Below, piece after piece: positions 1-11,057 of a DNA stretch of 64,000 nt. The DNA is from Eledone cirrhosa (lineage: Eukaryota). The position numbers and the translations under genes are program-made. The stretch covers positions 70,308,001 to 70,372,000 of the forward strand of contig OZ024742.1 of NCBI GenBank assembly GCA_964016885.1, given 5' to 3'. The notes under the pieces were generated by a model. It made no database searches. It had not been told where the DNA came from and saw nothing but the letters and a program-made list of their open reading frames with translations. Each line of letters starts with the position of its first letter. The stretch's first letter is position 1.

Positions 1-480
1 GGATTAAGTTCCTACCTGATGAGCCTCTAGGAAGGGCACATTAGATAATATAAACTTAGATATATAGTTTATGAATGAAAGTGCTGTAGAGGTATGCTAT
101 AATGATATTACATGATATTGTAGTATCATTGTAGCATACTTGTAGATGATATTATCAAAGGTGCTTCTTGTGACCTATTGCACAATGCTAGCTAATCTGA
201 ATACCACTCACAAAGCCAATATTTCAGATATTCATGTTATTCAAAACATATTCTAACTGTGTTAATCCCATATGCTTTCCAGATATTTTGCTATAATATA
301 TTTATTTTGGGAGGATTTGGTTGTTATTGCTAGCAGGTGAAGTAACCGTGTTACCATTCTTTTAATAGAAACTTTAAATAATTTTCATTGTTTTCTTTCC
401 ACAAATCACAGTTACAGTATCCATTTCCTGTCCCAAATTTTAATTGTTGTTTGCTACAGAGTGTTCTATATTTGGTTTAA

Positions 481-947
481 CCCTTTTGTAACAATATTTT
501 CTAATGAAAGACACTGCATATGATATGCAAATTATTTTCAAAATAATCAAGAATTTGGAGGGATTTAGCAATACAACTTACTTTCTCATTATTAAGCTGG
601 TGTCTGGAGCATAAATTAACAAAGGTTTTTAGCAGATAAATCTTTAAAGTATTTTTTTTTTTTGTTTACGGGAAGGATCCTTAAGAAAGATTAGGTTATA
701 ACGCTGTGTATTTAATGTTGGTAGCTCATATGAAAGGATCAGAGAGGAAAGCACAGCGAGGAAATATAACAAAGGATTTATTTTTCTCTGTAAAATATTA
801 CTAAGCGCTATTGTGGCATATATCTAGGTAGGATGTTGTTGGGCCCTTGCCGAGAGGGCCAAGGGCCCTTGGTAAATGTTTCATCTTGCCAGTCGCTCCA
901 GGGAATGAATTTAGTAATGTTCTGTTTGTAATGTCCTATCAAAAGGG
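481..947. mobile_element. piggyBac-like MITE (TTAA TSD)
   Basis: TTAA|CCCTTTTG ... CAAAAGGG|TTAA. Related copies at 5830-5991, 9011-9245, 23290-23364, 44262-44446. Confidence 0.7.
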
Positions 948-1043
948 TTAATCACTAGATCTACAGCTATGTTTGTTACTAAAATAATGTTTTTATTTTT
1001 TTTTTATTATTAATTTCTCTAAATCTATTTCTTTTACATGAAG

Positions 1044-1111
1044 AAGGCAGCTAGTAAGACCCGTCCAACTCGCAAGCGGAAACCTGTTAATTATAAAGAA
1101 ATTGATTCATC
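1044..1111 (+). CDS. SYCP2: SYCP2-like exon 1 in window (KAASKTRPTRKRKPVNYKEIDSS)
   Basis: Long T-rich tract, then tandem AG acceptors (1043/1046/1050). Donor TC|GTAAGT, phase 2. An in-frame ATG also exists at 1038, so the exact start is uncertain. Confidence 0.75.
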
Positions 1112-3070
1112 GTAAGTTGATCATAATTTAATTTTAGATGTATTAGTTATATGTTCTTCTGGGGATGTTTCCTCTAATGGAATGGCACTTTATTCAAAGA
1201 AAGGTTTACCACTGGTTCATCTAACTCTTCTGAAGTTGGAGTTGAACACCAGCTTTATAAGTATTTGTGACTTATGCAGACATCATCATCACCACCAAGG
1301 ATTGGCAGAATCATTAGAGTAAATGCATTGTGGTATTTGTTCCAGCTCTTTATGTTCTTAATTCAAATCCCTTTGCCTTTCATTCTTCTGAGGTTGATCT
1401 AATCAACTGCCTTATCCTGGTCCATGTCTGACTGCACTGGTAGCGGCTACTCTTTTGCTTTTTGTGGAAGTGAAAGATTCCACTAGTCAAGTTGTCCTTT
1501 TGCTGTCAGTACCGGCTGCATGGAGGACTGGGCATGCCATAGCTAATGATGCACTGAAGCTACAATATCTTCAACTTTTCCTTGATGTTGAACAGTAGTC
1601 ACTCTTTGCTAGATGTATTTTTTCCTAGCTCATCTCCTTGGTGGAGCCGCAGTCCTGAGTCAAGCGAAGACTGAGAGGTAGTACTTAGAAACTGGAATGT
1701 CTTCAAATGCTCACAGCCTTCTGCCACCTTGGCGTTCTATAGAGGGTTAGTTGCAGATAAAAGTGACAATATTCCTGAGGAAACTCTGGGCATCAACGAT
1801 AATCAAATAGCCAATCAGTTCTGGAGAACTTTCGATCCAGGCTCCCGTAGATAATTTCCAGAAATCTCTGGCCTGGCAGTGCTATCAAGGAACATTGCCA
1901 GTTCAAGATAAACTTTACAGGCATAGAAGTGCCATCGGTGCTGAAATTGTCCTGCTCTCACTCATCAAGTGTCGGAGCATTGCTGACTTGTGGGTTTATA
2001 TCGAATACCTGCTGTTACATGTAGGACAGATCTGGCTATCAGCTGAGTCTATCATGAAGATTGCACTCCCACCGTCCATTAGCCAGGAAGGGCAGGCAGT
2101 TTGTATCTCCCTGGTGTCCCTGGAAAAAGAGATTGTGTAGCGGACATATCTGAAAAGGTTGAAGACAAGCACTTTCCTATGTGAAGTCTGGAAAGAAATG
2201 AAGTGAGCATGCTATGCTAAATGTATGTCAGCACGTATGAATGAGCTGAGAAAAAAAAATGAACATCAAAGAAATTAGTTGTAATATGCAAAAGAGAAGA
2301 CTGTGTTGGAACAGACATGTGATACCTATGATATATGATAGTTGAGTGAAATAGTTCTAAGTAATCTCAGTAGAAAGAACCAGTAGATGACTAAGATTAA
2401 GGCAGGAGTGGTGAAATTTGGTCCTATGATGTAGAATTTCACAAAAGAGAGGACAACACAGAGTAAGTGGTGAAACACTGTGCTGAAGAATGATGACGGA
2501 GATTATGATATATCAGAGTTGCACTTGCATGGCAGATGACTTGATTTGAAATCATGTGTTGGAAATGAAACAATTACATTGGGGAAGAGTTATTTTAGCC
2601 ATTTCAAAGACACGCTAAAAAAATGTTATAGTCACTTTTCATGTTTCAAGGGAAACAACTCTGTTATCTGTATATCAAGTGACAAAGAACTAATGGGTCA
2701 CCAATCAAACTATAAAACTTACTGTTCATGTACATTATAACAACCATCTCTGAACAGAAAATCAGTATTCTTTTAGTCAGAGAAGCCAATGATCTTGAAA
2801 TTCCTTTTCCAGAATTTTAACCCTTGACTTGCTAACAACACAAAGTTGGTGGTATATAATAAATACTGAAATGTATTAAACATCAAATATGATTTCAGAA
2901 ACAAAAATATTTAATATTATATAGTCATAAATATATCTCCTCTTAAAGTATTTTTGTGATATTGTAAATTTAAAAGAAACTTCTGGTTAAATATTAGACT
3001 CAAGCTATTATTTAACATAGTTAATTTATTATTTTTTTTTTTAAATGATTGTTAACTTTTATATTTGTAG

Positions 3071-3098
3071 CTCTGAAAATCAATCCAATGAGAATGAG
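3071..3098 (+). CDS. SYCP2: SYCP2-like exon 2 (microexon, SENQSNENE)
   Basis: tttgtag| ... GAG|GTAAGT. Phase 2->0 fits both neighbours. Confidence 0.8.
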
Positions 3099-4253
3099 GT
3101 AAGTATTTCTTAGTTTAACAAATAATGGATTGCCATATTGCCTTAATGCAGGTTATTTTATTTACCACACTGATTTGAACTCAATTTTAAATTGGTTCTA
3201 GCCAGAGTTGATATTCACTGAATTCTGGAGCCAATTGGATTGTTCATGGCCGATTGAAAGAGACAAGACGGACTTAACCTTTTTCCTGAACTAGAGGTAG
3301 ATGGTTCATACAGGATACCATAGTATCCATTGTTGGATAGAATTAATTACTGTGATTAGTCAATGAATTGCATTTCTCAGCACATAACACTCAAGACATT
3401 CATGAGACCTAGGTCACCAACATTTTTATCATCATTAGCAGCCCATCTCACTAAAGTATGGGTGATGCTTTTGAGAATGCTTGGTAATCCCAGCATCTCA
3501 ACTTCACTATTACCTGCAAGTAATGCTGTGAATGTTTCAAGTTACCTCAAAAAATTTTAGAGGGCAACATCGGCATGCCCTTTTGTAGGGTGAAAATGAA
3601 GCATGTCTTTTTTTTCTGACTCATTCTCATTATTGTCCATTTGCTTTTTTATTGCATGTTTACGCATATAATATATGATGAAAAATTTAACATTATATAA
3701 AACCTTGGGATTTGTAAGTCAGGGAAAAGAAGATAAAACATGCATAAAGCATTTTGAGAGCATTATTGATGTGAATGAAATGGTTTCAGTAGGAAATTAA
3801 GATTTGAGTGCAGTCTCATTTCACCAAGAAAATAAATTTCATATGAATAAAAGAGAATAATTATTTTACTTTCCAACAAATCAATGGCAGTACATATACA
3901 AACAAGCAATCATGATTTCCTTCCTGTTAGAAGCTTGGTAACAGAGGACTCTGTTACAGGCATCTATGGGCCAGGAGCTGTTATTAAATACAGCAACTTG
4001 TTAGCCTTCAAGTTGTTTCTCCAATCTATATTTCCCTGAAAATCTTGACTGCTTCATTTACAAAATCTCCCTGGGTCATGTATGGCTGATCTGCCATACT
4101 ATACAGCAATTCAGATGTATAAGGGAGTTAAAAGATTGTTTTGGTTTGTTTTTTAACAATTTACATATTACTTATGTAAGTAAAATACTGTTTTAATACC
4201 AAAGTGTATTCTGTGCTAACTTTATTGTAATGAACTACTAATATATGTTCTAG

Positions 4254-4643
4254 CCTGTTACGTGTAGCAGAGCAAAAGTAGGTTTGCCAATGAAGAAAAT
4301 AAGAACAGACAAAACAGAATCTCCCCCAAGAGAGAAGAGTGCATATCCCCCAAGAGAGAAGAGTGCATATCCACCAAGAGAGAAGAGTGTATATCCACCA
4401 AGAGAGAAGAGTGTATCTCCCCAAAGAGAGAAGAGTGCATATCCCCCAAGAGAGAAGAGTGCATATCCACCAAGAGAGAAGAGTGTATATCCACCAAGAG
4501 AGAAGAGTGTATATCCACCAAGAGAGAAGAGTGTATATCCACCAAAAGAGAAGAGTGTATCTCCAGTCATTTCTGAACACACCCCTTGTTATCTAAAGCA
4601 ATCGTTCAAACAAAATCAAAAATCACAGCATAAAACAAATCAG
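4254..4643 (+). CDS. SYCP2: SYCP2-like exon 3 containing PPREKS(A/V)(Y/S) repeats
   Basis: ttctag| ... CAG|GTAGGT. 390 nt open frame, phase 0->0. Confidence 0.85.
4323..4562 (+). repeat. Coding minisatellite, 10 x 24 bp
   Basis: Unit CC(A/C)CCAAGAGAGAAGAGTG(T/C)AT(A/C)T, in frame within exon 3. Confidence 0.98.
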
Positions 4644-5444
4644 GTAGGTCTTTTTTTATTATTGTAATTGTCCTTATGGTGGGGGAGGGGTGACAAAATT
4701 ATTAGTGTCTGAGAAATTGCTCTGCAGTATTTGTTGAAATCCTGCCATGGTCAATTTTGCCTTTTATCCTTCCAGAGTCAGTAATATTAAGTACCAGTAA
4801 AGTGCTGGGGTCAATTTAATCTATTTTCCCCTCCCCAAAACTGTTGACATTGTTCTTAAATTAGAAATCATCAGCAGTAGCATCATGATTATTATCATTA
4901 TTCTTGTAAAATTTGCACAAATTTGTGAAACATTCCGTATATTTTAATGGTAATGAAATGTCAAAAATGGTAAAAACAAAAGAACTTATGCTAGTTTCAA
5001 CGATGAGTGTTCTCATCCTTTGATCAACAGAATGACCTATTCATTAAATTAACTTGTAATCATTATCATCATCATATGTCCATTTTTCATGCTGGCTTAA
5101 GCTGTATGGGTTGTCACAGTCTGAGACCAGACAAGTCAGAACAACTTCATTTTGCTCCTATGTTCCATATTTTTCAGTTTCTAATGTTGGATGCCCTTCC
5201 TAATGCCAACCACTTTACAAATAGTATTGGGTGCATTTTTGTGGCACCAGTACTACAATTTTACAGAGTGAACTAGGTGCATTTTATCAAGGTATCAGTA
5301 CTAGAGTAGTTGTTATATGCTCAGCCAGACTGAAGATTCCTCTTAAATCCTATATTGTTTCCATTCAGTTGTCAAACACTGTAGCCTTCAGTCTTCACCA
5401 TGTTTACTTTTAGTGTCTCCAGTAAGTATCTGGATATTTCACAG

Positions 5445-5680
5445 ACATATGTACCCTTACTGTAATTCTTTGTGAAATTTAGTGTGACAATGCTGATCCT
5501 TTGAATTTCAAACACAGTCTATCCAACAAACTTCCAAATAGTTTCCATCAACCAAATTTCACTCACAAGACTTTGGTTGGCATGAGGCTATGGTCAAAAA
5601 CACTTGTGCAAGATGCCACATAATTGGACCAAATCTGGAACTTCAGGATTGGAAAGCAAACCTCTTGACTATTTAGCCAT
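5445..5680 (-). mobile_element. Degenerate tRNA-derived SINE
   Basis: A-box-like TGGCTAAATAGTC head. A related copy lies at about 44480-44675 (-). Confidence 0.5.
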
Positions 5681-5829
5681 ACTGTGTCCAAGAGCAGTGA
5701 GAAAAACACCTTGTGAGATTTAGCTATTTCTCTTTATGTTTGTGAGTTTATTACCATTGGAATCAACTTCACCTTCCATTCTTCCAGAATCAATGAAATA
5801 AACATGTCAAGTAATTGGAGCTAATTTAA

Positions 5830-5991
5830 CCCTTTTGTTACCGTGTTTCTAATTATATATATTGTGTTTGAATTAGTTATTGAAGGATTTGAAAGGATTT
5901 ACTAAAGTTATTAAGATGGTATTTGTAACAATTTAACAAAAGGGAAATTATTTTAAATTGAGTGGTTTTAGGTGAGTTGGTATCAAAAGGG
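5830..5991. mobile_element. piggyBac-like MITE (TTAA TSD)
   Basis: TTAA|CCCTTTTGTTACC ... GGTATCAAAAGGG|TTAA. Confidence 0.75.
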
Positions 5992-6409
5992 TTAACTGAG
6001 TGCTGACTTGTGTCTATATAGGAAATTGATTATTATATTATCATGGCAGCAGCTAGAAGAATCAACAGAGAACAAGATAAAATACCTTGTAGTACATTCT
6101 GAGTATATATTCCACCAAGATCAATTTTGATTTTCACCCCACTTGGGTTAATAAAATAAGTTCAAATAATATACTGAGGTCATATAATCAAATGTAATCC
6201 TTCTAGCAAAATCTGTAGCTTTGTCTCAATGCTAGATACTATTTTTTTTTCTTTTTCAGTAGTTTTATACTAGTTTTTCACAACACTTCCAGATGCAATC
6301 TGCATCCGTGAGGTGTGTGTACTATTATTTTTTGGAACATTTGGAAGATGTATGTACTATAGTCAATTTATTGTATTGTATATAAATGACCATAACCTTC
6401 TTCTTTGCC

Positions 6410-8210
6410 CACTTTTTTCTGAAACGGTCATGGGGCAGAGTCCTCAAACACTCCTTCCAGTGGGTCCTGTAAGAAGCAACCATCTCCAAATGATCTGGCT
6501 GGATCCCCAAGCAAGACCAGCCAAGCTCATGGATGTTATCAAACCATCTTGCTCGGGGTCTACTCCTGGGTCTCCTGCTGGCTGGTTTTGCCCATAAAAT
6601 CTGTCCAACGATTCTTTCCTAAGACATTCTAACCACATGCCCGTAGTATTGGAGCTGTGATCTCTCAATTTGGAGAAGTAGCAGCTCCACCTTGAATGAC
6701 TCTCTGGAGTAACATTACTCCAAAGACCCTTCGGAGGAACCCTATTTTGGCCGCTTGTATTCGCGATAGTATTCTTTTTGTCATCACCCAAAATTCATGG
6801 CTATAGGTAAGGATTGGCACAAATACTGAATTACCAAATGCTGAAGCTGGCACATTTCTGCACCAGCTCCTAGAATTTTTTCACTTAATTCAGCCACCTG
6901 CCTTCCATCACTCATGAACACAGCCCCTAGATACTTGAACTTCTCCATCTGCTTCAGTGGAACTCCATTTACATGTATAGTGCACTGCACAGGCTTTCTT
7001 GAGAGGATGAGTGTCTCAGTTTTCACAGCACTGATTTTCATTCCAGCCATGCAGCATTTGGCATCAAACCTATCAAGTGCATGTTGGAGGTCACCTTCTG
7101 TCAAGTTAAGGTGTCTGCAAATTCCAGCTGATGATTTTGCACCTGACAGTCGTGATACCACTTCCAACCCGACTGCGCATGTCAGTCCTGTTCATAAAAA
7201 TAATGAACAGGAGAGGTGACTGTATGCACTCTTGATGGAGTCTGACTCCCACATTGAATAGTTTCGATTTAGCACCTTTTATCAAAACACAAATACTCGG
7301 GCATTCATATAGAGACATCAGAGCAACAAGAAGCTGACAATCGATCCCATACTCCTGCAGAACCTTCCACAGCAGGTCCCAAGGAATGCAGTCATATCCC
7401 TTTTCGAGGTCTACAAAACAAGAATATACCTCTTGGCAACACTCCCATGATTTCTCAAAGACCTGCCACAGTGTGAATATTTGGTTGGCTGTGCTGCGTC
7501 CAGGGCGAAAACCGCACTGTTCATCAGCTAGCTTGGACTCAACAATCTCCCTGCATCTCTTTGCCCGACACTTAGCATAGACTTTACCGAGGAGGCTTAG
7601 CAAAGAGATCCCTCTGTAATTGGAACAATCTCTCTTGTCTCCCTTTTAACATCTCAAGCCGGATTTCATCTTCCCCAGTGGGATTGCTACATTTGAGCAC
7701 TTTAACTGCACTTGTGATCTCAGCCTCTGAGAGATTAGTCACTGCTCCCAGATGCACTCCGCATATATCAGAAGATGCTGTTGTAATCAAATTTAGGAGA
7801 TCAGCAAAGTATTCTCTCCACCTCGCGAGGATGCACCTCTCTGAAGAGGAGGACTTCTTATTATGAAGTCAGCAGATGGTCTGCCAGAACACTTTATTTG
7901 CTGATCTGCAGTCAGATTCCGGTTTAACCCCAAAGTCCTCTTGTGTCTTAACATTGGACGCCTTTACTGTCTCTGCTGTGATTCTTCGTGCCTGCTTGTA
8001 CCACAAGTGCAAGATGGAGGACTTATTCCCAAGCCAAGCTTTGTAGGCCTCCTTCTTTGTTCAGATGGCATCTTTGACCTCTTGATTGAATCAAGGGATC
8101 CACCTGCCATCCAGCGCTACACCAAGCCTTATTCGCTTACAGCATTTAACAACTGAAACAGAAGCTGCTGAGCTGAACAATCTTCACTCTGTCTCAACAT
8201 CCTCAGTGTG
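6410..8210 (-). mobile_element. RTE-clade LINE, Expander/Rex3-like, 5'-truncated and frameshifted
   Basis: ORF fragments LGKVYAKC...EQCGFRPGRSTANQIFTL...FVDLEKGYD and GMKISAVKTETLILSRK...EKFKYLG. Confidence 0.85.
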
Positions 8211-9010
8211 TTAAAATATTTATTTAAAATATATTTATTTAAAATATATTTAAAACATTTAGTGAGAACTCAATACTAGTTGGTAGAGTTCAGAAATTTA
8301 TTTTCTAAATAGAAAAGTGGCAGTAACCTCAAAGTTTCAGTTTGGTTGCTTTGTTTGTTTGTTTGTTTGTTTGTTTGTTTGTTTGTGTGTGTGTGTGTGT
8401 GGCAGTATAAGTAGTGCATAAATATTTAGACCACAGAAAAGGGTTAAAATGTGCATATAACTATCCTGTGTATATAAACATTATATAACTATATTGTTGT
8501 CTGAAAGATAAGAGCCATGTCAAAAGTAGACAATCCATATATCAGCTGTAACCTGTCACACATACAGCTTAATATTGTAGACTGTGTATGTTGAGTGTAG
8601 GGTGTGTGTATGTTGTGTGTGTGTATGTTGTGGCAGTAGTTGAATTATTTTGTATTTATGAAATAATACTCGTTTTATAAAGTTTGTCTCTACAAAATAC
8701 TTCAGCAATGCTGATATAATCACTGCCTCTATCTCTCTTGCTCTCCCCATCTCTCACTATTATAAGCAAATGGGGGCCCATGTTTCACAAATAGCTATGA
8801 TTACTTACCTGACTGGAAGGAGACATTGTCAGCTGAATAATAGTGGCATCTTGAGAAGTTTCTAAGAACTAGATATTCAGGTCAGGTTTCAAAAGAAATC
8901 ATTATTTTCTTCTTAAGTAGAATGAAAACAAAGAAAAGGTAAAGTAGACCACAAGCATGTCATTAGAGATGACTGACTTATTACTATATTCATTATCTTT
9001 GCTACTTTAA

Positions 9011-9245
9011 CCCTCCAGTGACCATATTTCTAACAAAATATGCTCCCTATAAGTTTTAAGTGATTTTGAAATTAATCAAAAATAACAAAATTTTCCATTA
9101 AGCTGTTGTTTGAAACATAACTTAATAAAAATGGTTCTTAGTAAAATTATGGTGAAAGGTTTTGATTTAGATATGAATACTTTAAAATGAGAGGTTTTGC
9201 ACCACAGAACCTGACCCATCTTGGATGGGTTGATATCAAAAAGAG
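9011..9245. mobile_element. piggyBac-like MITE, diverged
   Basis: TTAA flanks, degenerate TIRs, internal similarity to the 481-947 copy. Confidence 0.55.
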
Positions 9246-9454
9246 TTAAAAGGATACATTTAATATTTTACGTGGGACCCCATTTGCTCATAATACAGAG
9301 AGATGGAGGCAATGACAGTGGGAGTTCGGCTCTTCCGTGTTCGGACCTGGTGTGCAGCATCAGTTGTTCGTAGGAAGGTAGTGATTCATACATATACATA
9401 TATACGTATTATATTGTTCTCTATCAGATATTACCTATGTATTCTCATTTAAGT

Positions 9455-9549
9455 ATCACTTAAGTATGACGAAGACCGTAACAAGTGGAAAGATGCTGTG
9501 CTGAATAGGACCCGTCCCACCCTTGCAAGCAGGGAAAAGTGGACGTAAA

Positions 9550-9584
<35 letters not shown>

Positions 9585-9585
9585 A
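9455..9585 (+). mobile_element. RTE LINE 3'-tail fragment with (GAT)n
   Basis: GCTGTGCTGAATAGGACCCGTC...GGACGTAAAATGATGAT closely matches the tail of the 11058-14730 element. Confidence 0.8.
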
Positions 9586-10082
9586 GTATGCCTTAAGAAT
9601 AAGTTATAATATCTGTCTTCAATCCTAATGCAATTCTTCAAAAAAATAATCTATTTCAAAAATAGACTATTGGAGCATTGAGTAGATTGAAATTCTTAGA
9701 AAATGTACAAATCTCAAACACAGAAAATATTGGTAACCACAGTTGATTGCTATAAATAATAGCTTAGAAAATCATGCAGAATACCCATATAGATGGGAAA
9801 ACAAAGTTATCAAGTTATCAGCAGCTACCACGAGGAATCAAACTTCATACCTCAGCCAGAATTAGATATATTAGTGTTAAGAACACAAGTAACTAGTGTT
9901 AAGGTTTATATAGACTAGTAGTTAGTATATTGAGTAATCAACAAAAAAAAAACATGGATCAAATCACAGGTTGCTCCCATCTTTTTTTTTTTTTCTTCTC
10001 CACTTTTATGTTTGCTTGGCGAATCAATACAAAAACATTGGTTGAAAAATGTTTACACATTTTCTTCTTTCTATATTTGCAG

Positions 10083-10117
10083 ACAAATAAGAAAGACAGT
10101 GAAGTACAGAATGAAAG
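10083..10117 (+). CDS. SYCP2: SYCP2-like exon 4 (TNKKDSEVQNE)
   Basis: Polypyrimidine tract + tttgcag|, donor AG|GTAGAG, phase 0->2. Confidence 0.75.
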
Positions 10118-11057
10118 GTAGAGTATTTTCTTTTCTTATATGTTTCTCTTTCTTCATCTTAACCTAGCTGAAGGACACATTTCAGCAAGATACATGAGAC
10201 TAAAATGAATAATGAAAGGTCTCAAAATATACTGGTTGTTGTTAAATGAATCTGGTTTATGTTTTTGCGTCAAAAATCATATGAACCTATTATAAAAAGT
10301 TTTTAATTGTCTTCAAATAGGTTTTAATATTTATCATGAATATTCATCATGATATTTATCAGGAATTTAATAAGTGGACAAGAGTTTTAAACAAGAAGAA
10401 TCTAAATGAAAGCATGTCCCAGAAAGCATGTCCCAGGCCTCCTGTAGATCATGGATGTTGGAATAACTGCTGTTAGGAATTATGTAAATCATTACATGTG
10501 TGAACTTCATTGGGCAAGAGATGATTTCACATGAAGTAAAGCCTAAATTTATTAGTGTTTCTCGTGTAACTGAAATAAGGAGCATTCAAAGTGTAAATTT
10601 TATGAGCTTAAACATGCATTTAACTTGCTGGTATTACAATAAAATGCATGCATTACACTGTACTCACTGCCAATTCTCACCTTGCTAACTGTATCTCTGT
10701 GCATAGCTTCTACAACCCTCATAAAACAATCATCTACCCTTAATTTCCTTTGCAACCATCAGTTTATAGATAAAGGGACCTTGTGAAAGGATTTCACCCA
10801 GTCAACACATGCTAGATGCAGATGCTTACTCTTAGCTAAGTAGTTCTGCAGTGTTTTTCACAAAGAAGAAGACATTACTAGTACCTCTTCCTGGCACAAA
10901 GCCAAAATGCATCTGTACCTAATATAACTCTTGCAATAATGCTTATGACCTGACCTTCCCCTTTTCCTTAGTACTTCTCTCTAGCACACCTCCTTTTAAA
11001 ATTGATACTGCTCTGCTAGTCATTTGGGTATGACACCTTCCTGTGTTACCTCTTTGA

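Noticed and set aside
10-45. CTGATGA hammerhead-like start (also about 20540)
   Set aside because: No GAAA closing helix II.
1420-2210. GC-richer intronic block with an 81-aa ORF
   Set aside because: Probably an old retroelement, but there is no diagnostic motif or fitting splice site.
4323-4562. CRISPR-like array
   Set aside because: Head-to-tail repeats without spacers, in a eukaryotic context.
4161-4596. Alternative-frame and antisense ORFs over the 24-bp repeat
   Set aside because: Only the PPREKS frame has splice sites and phases that fit the gene.
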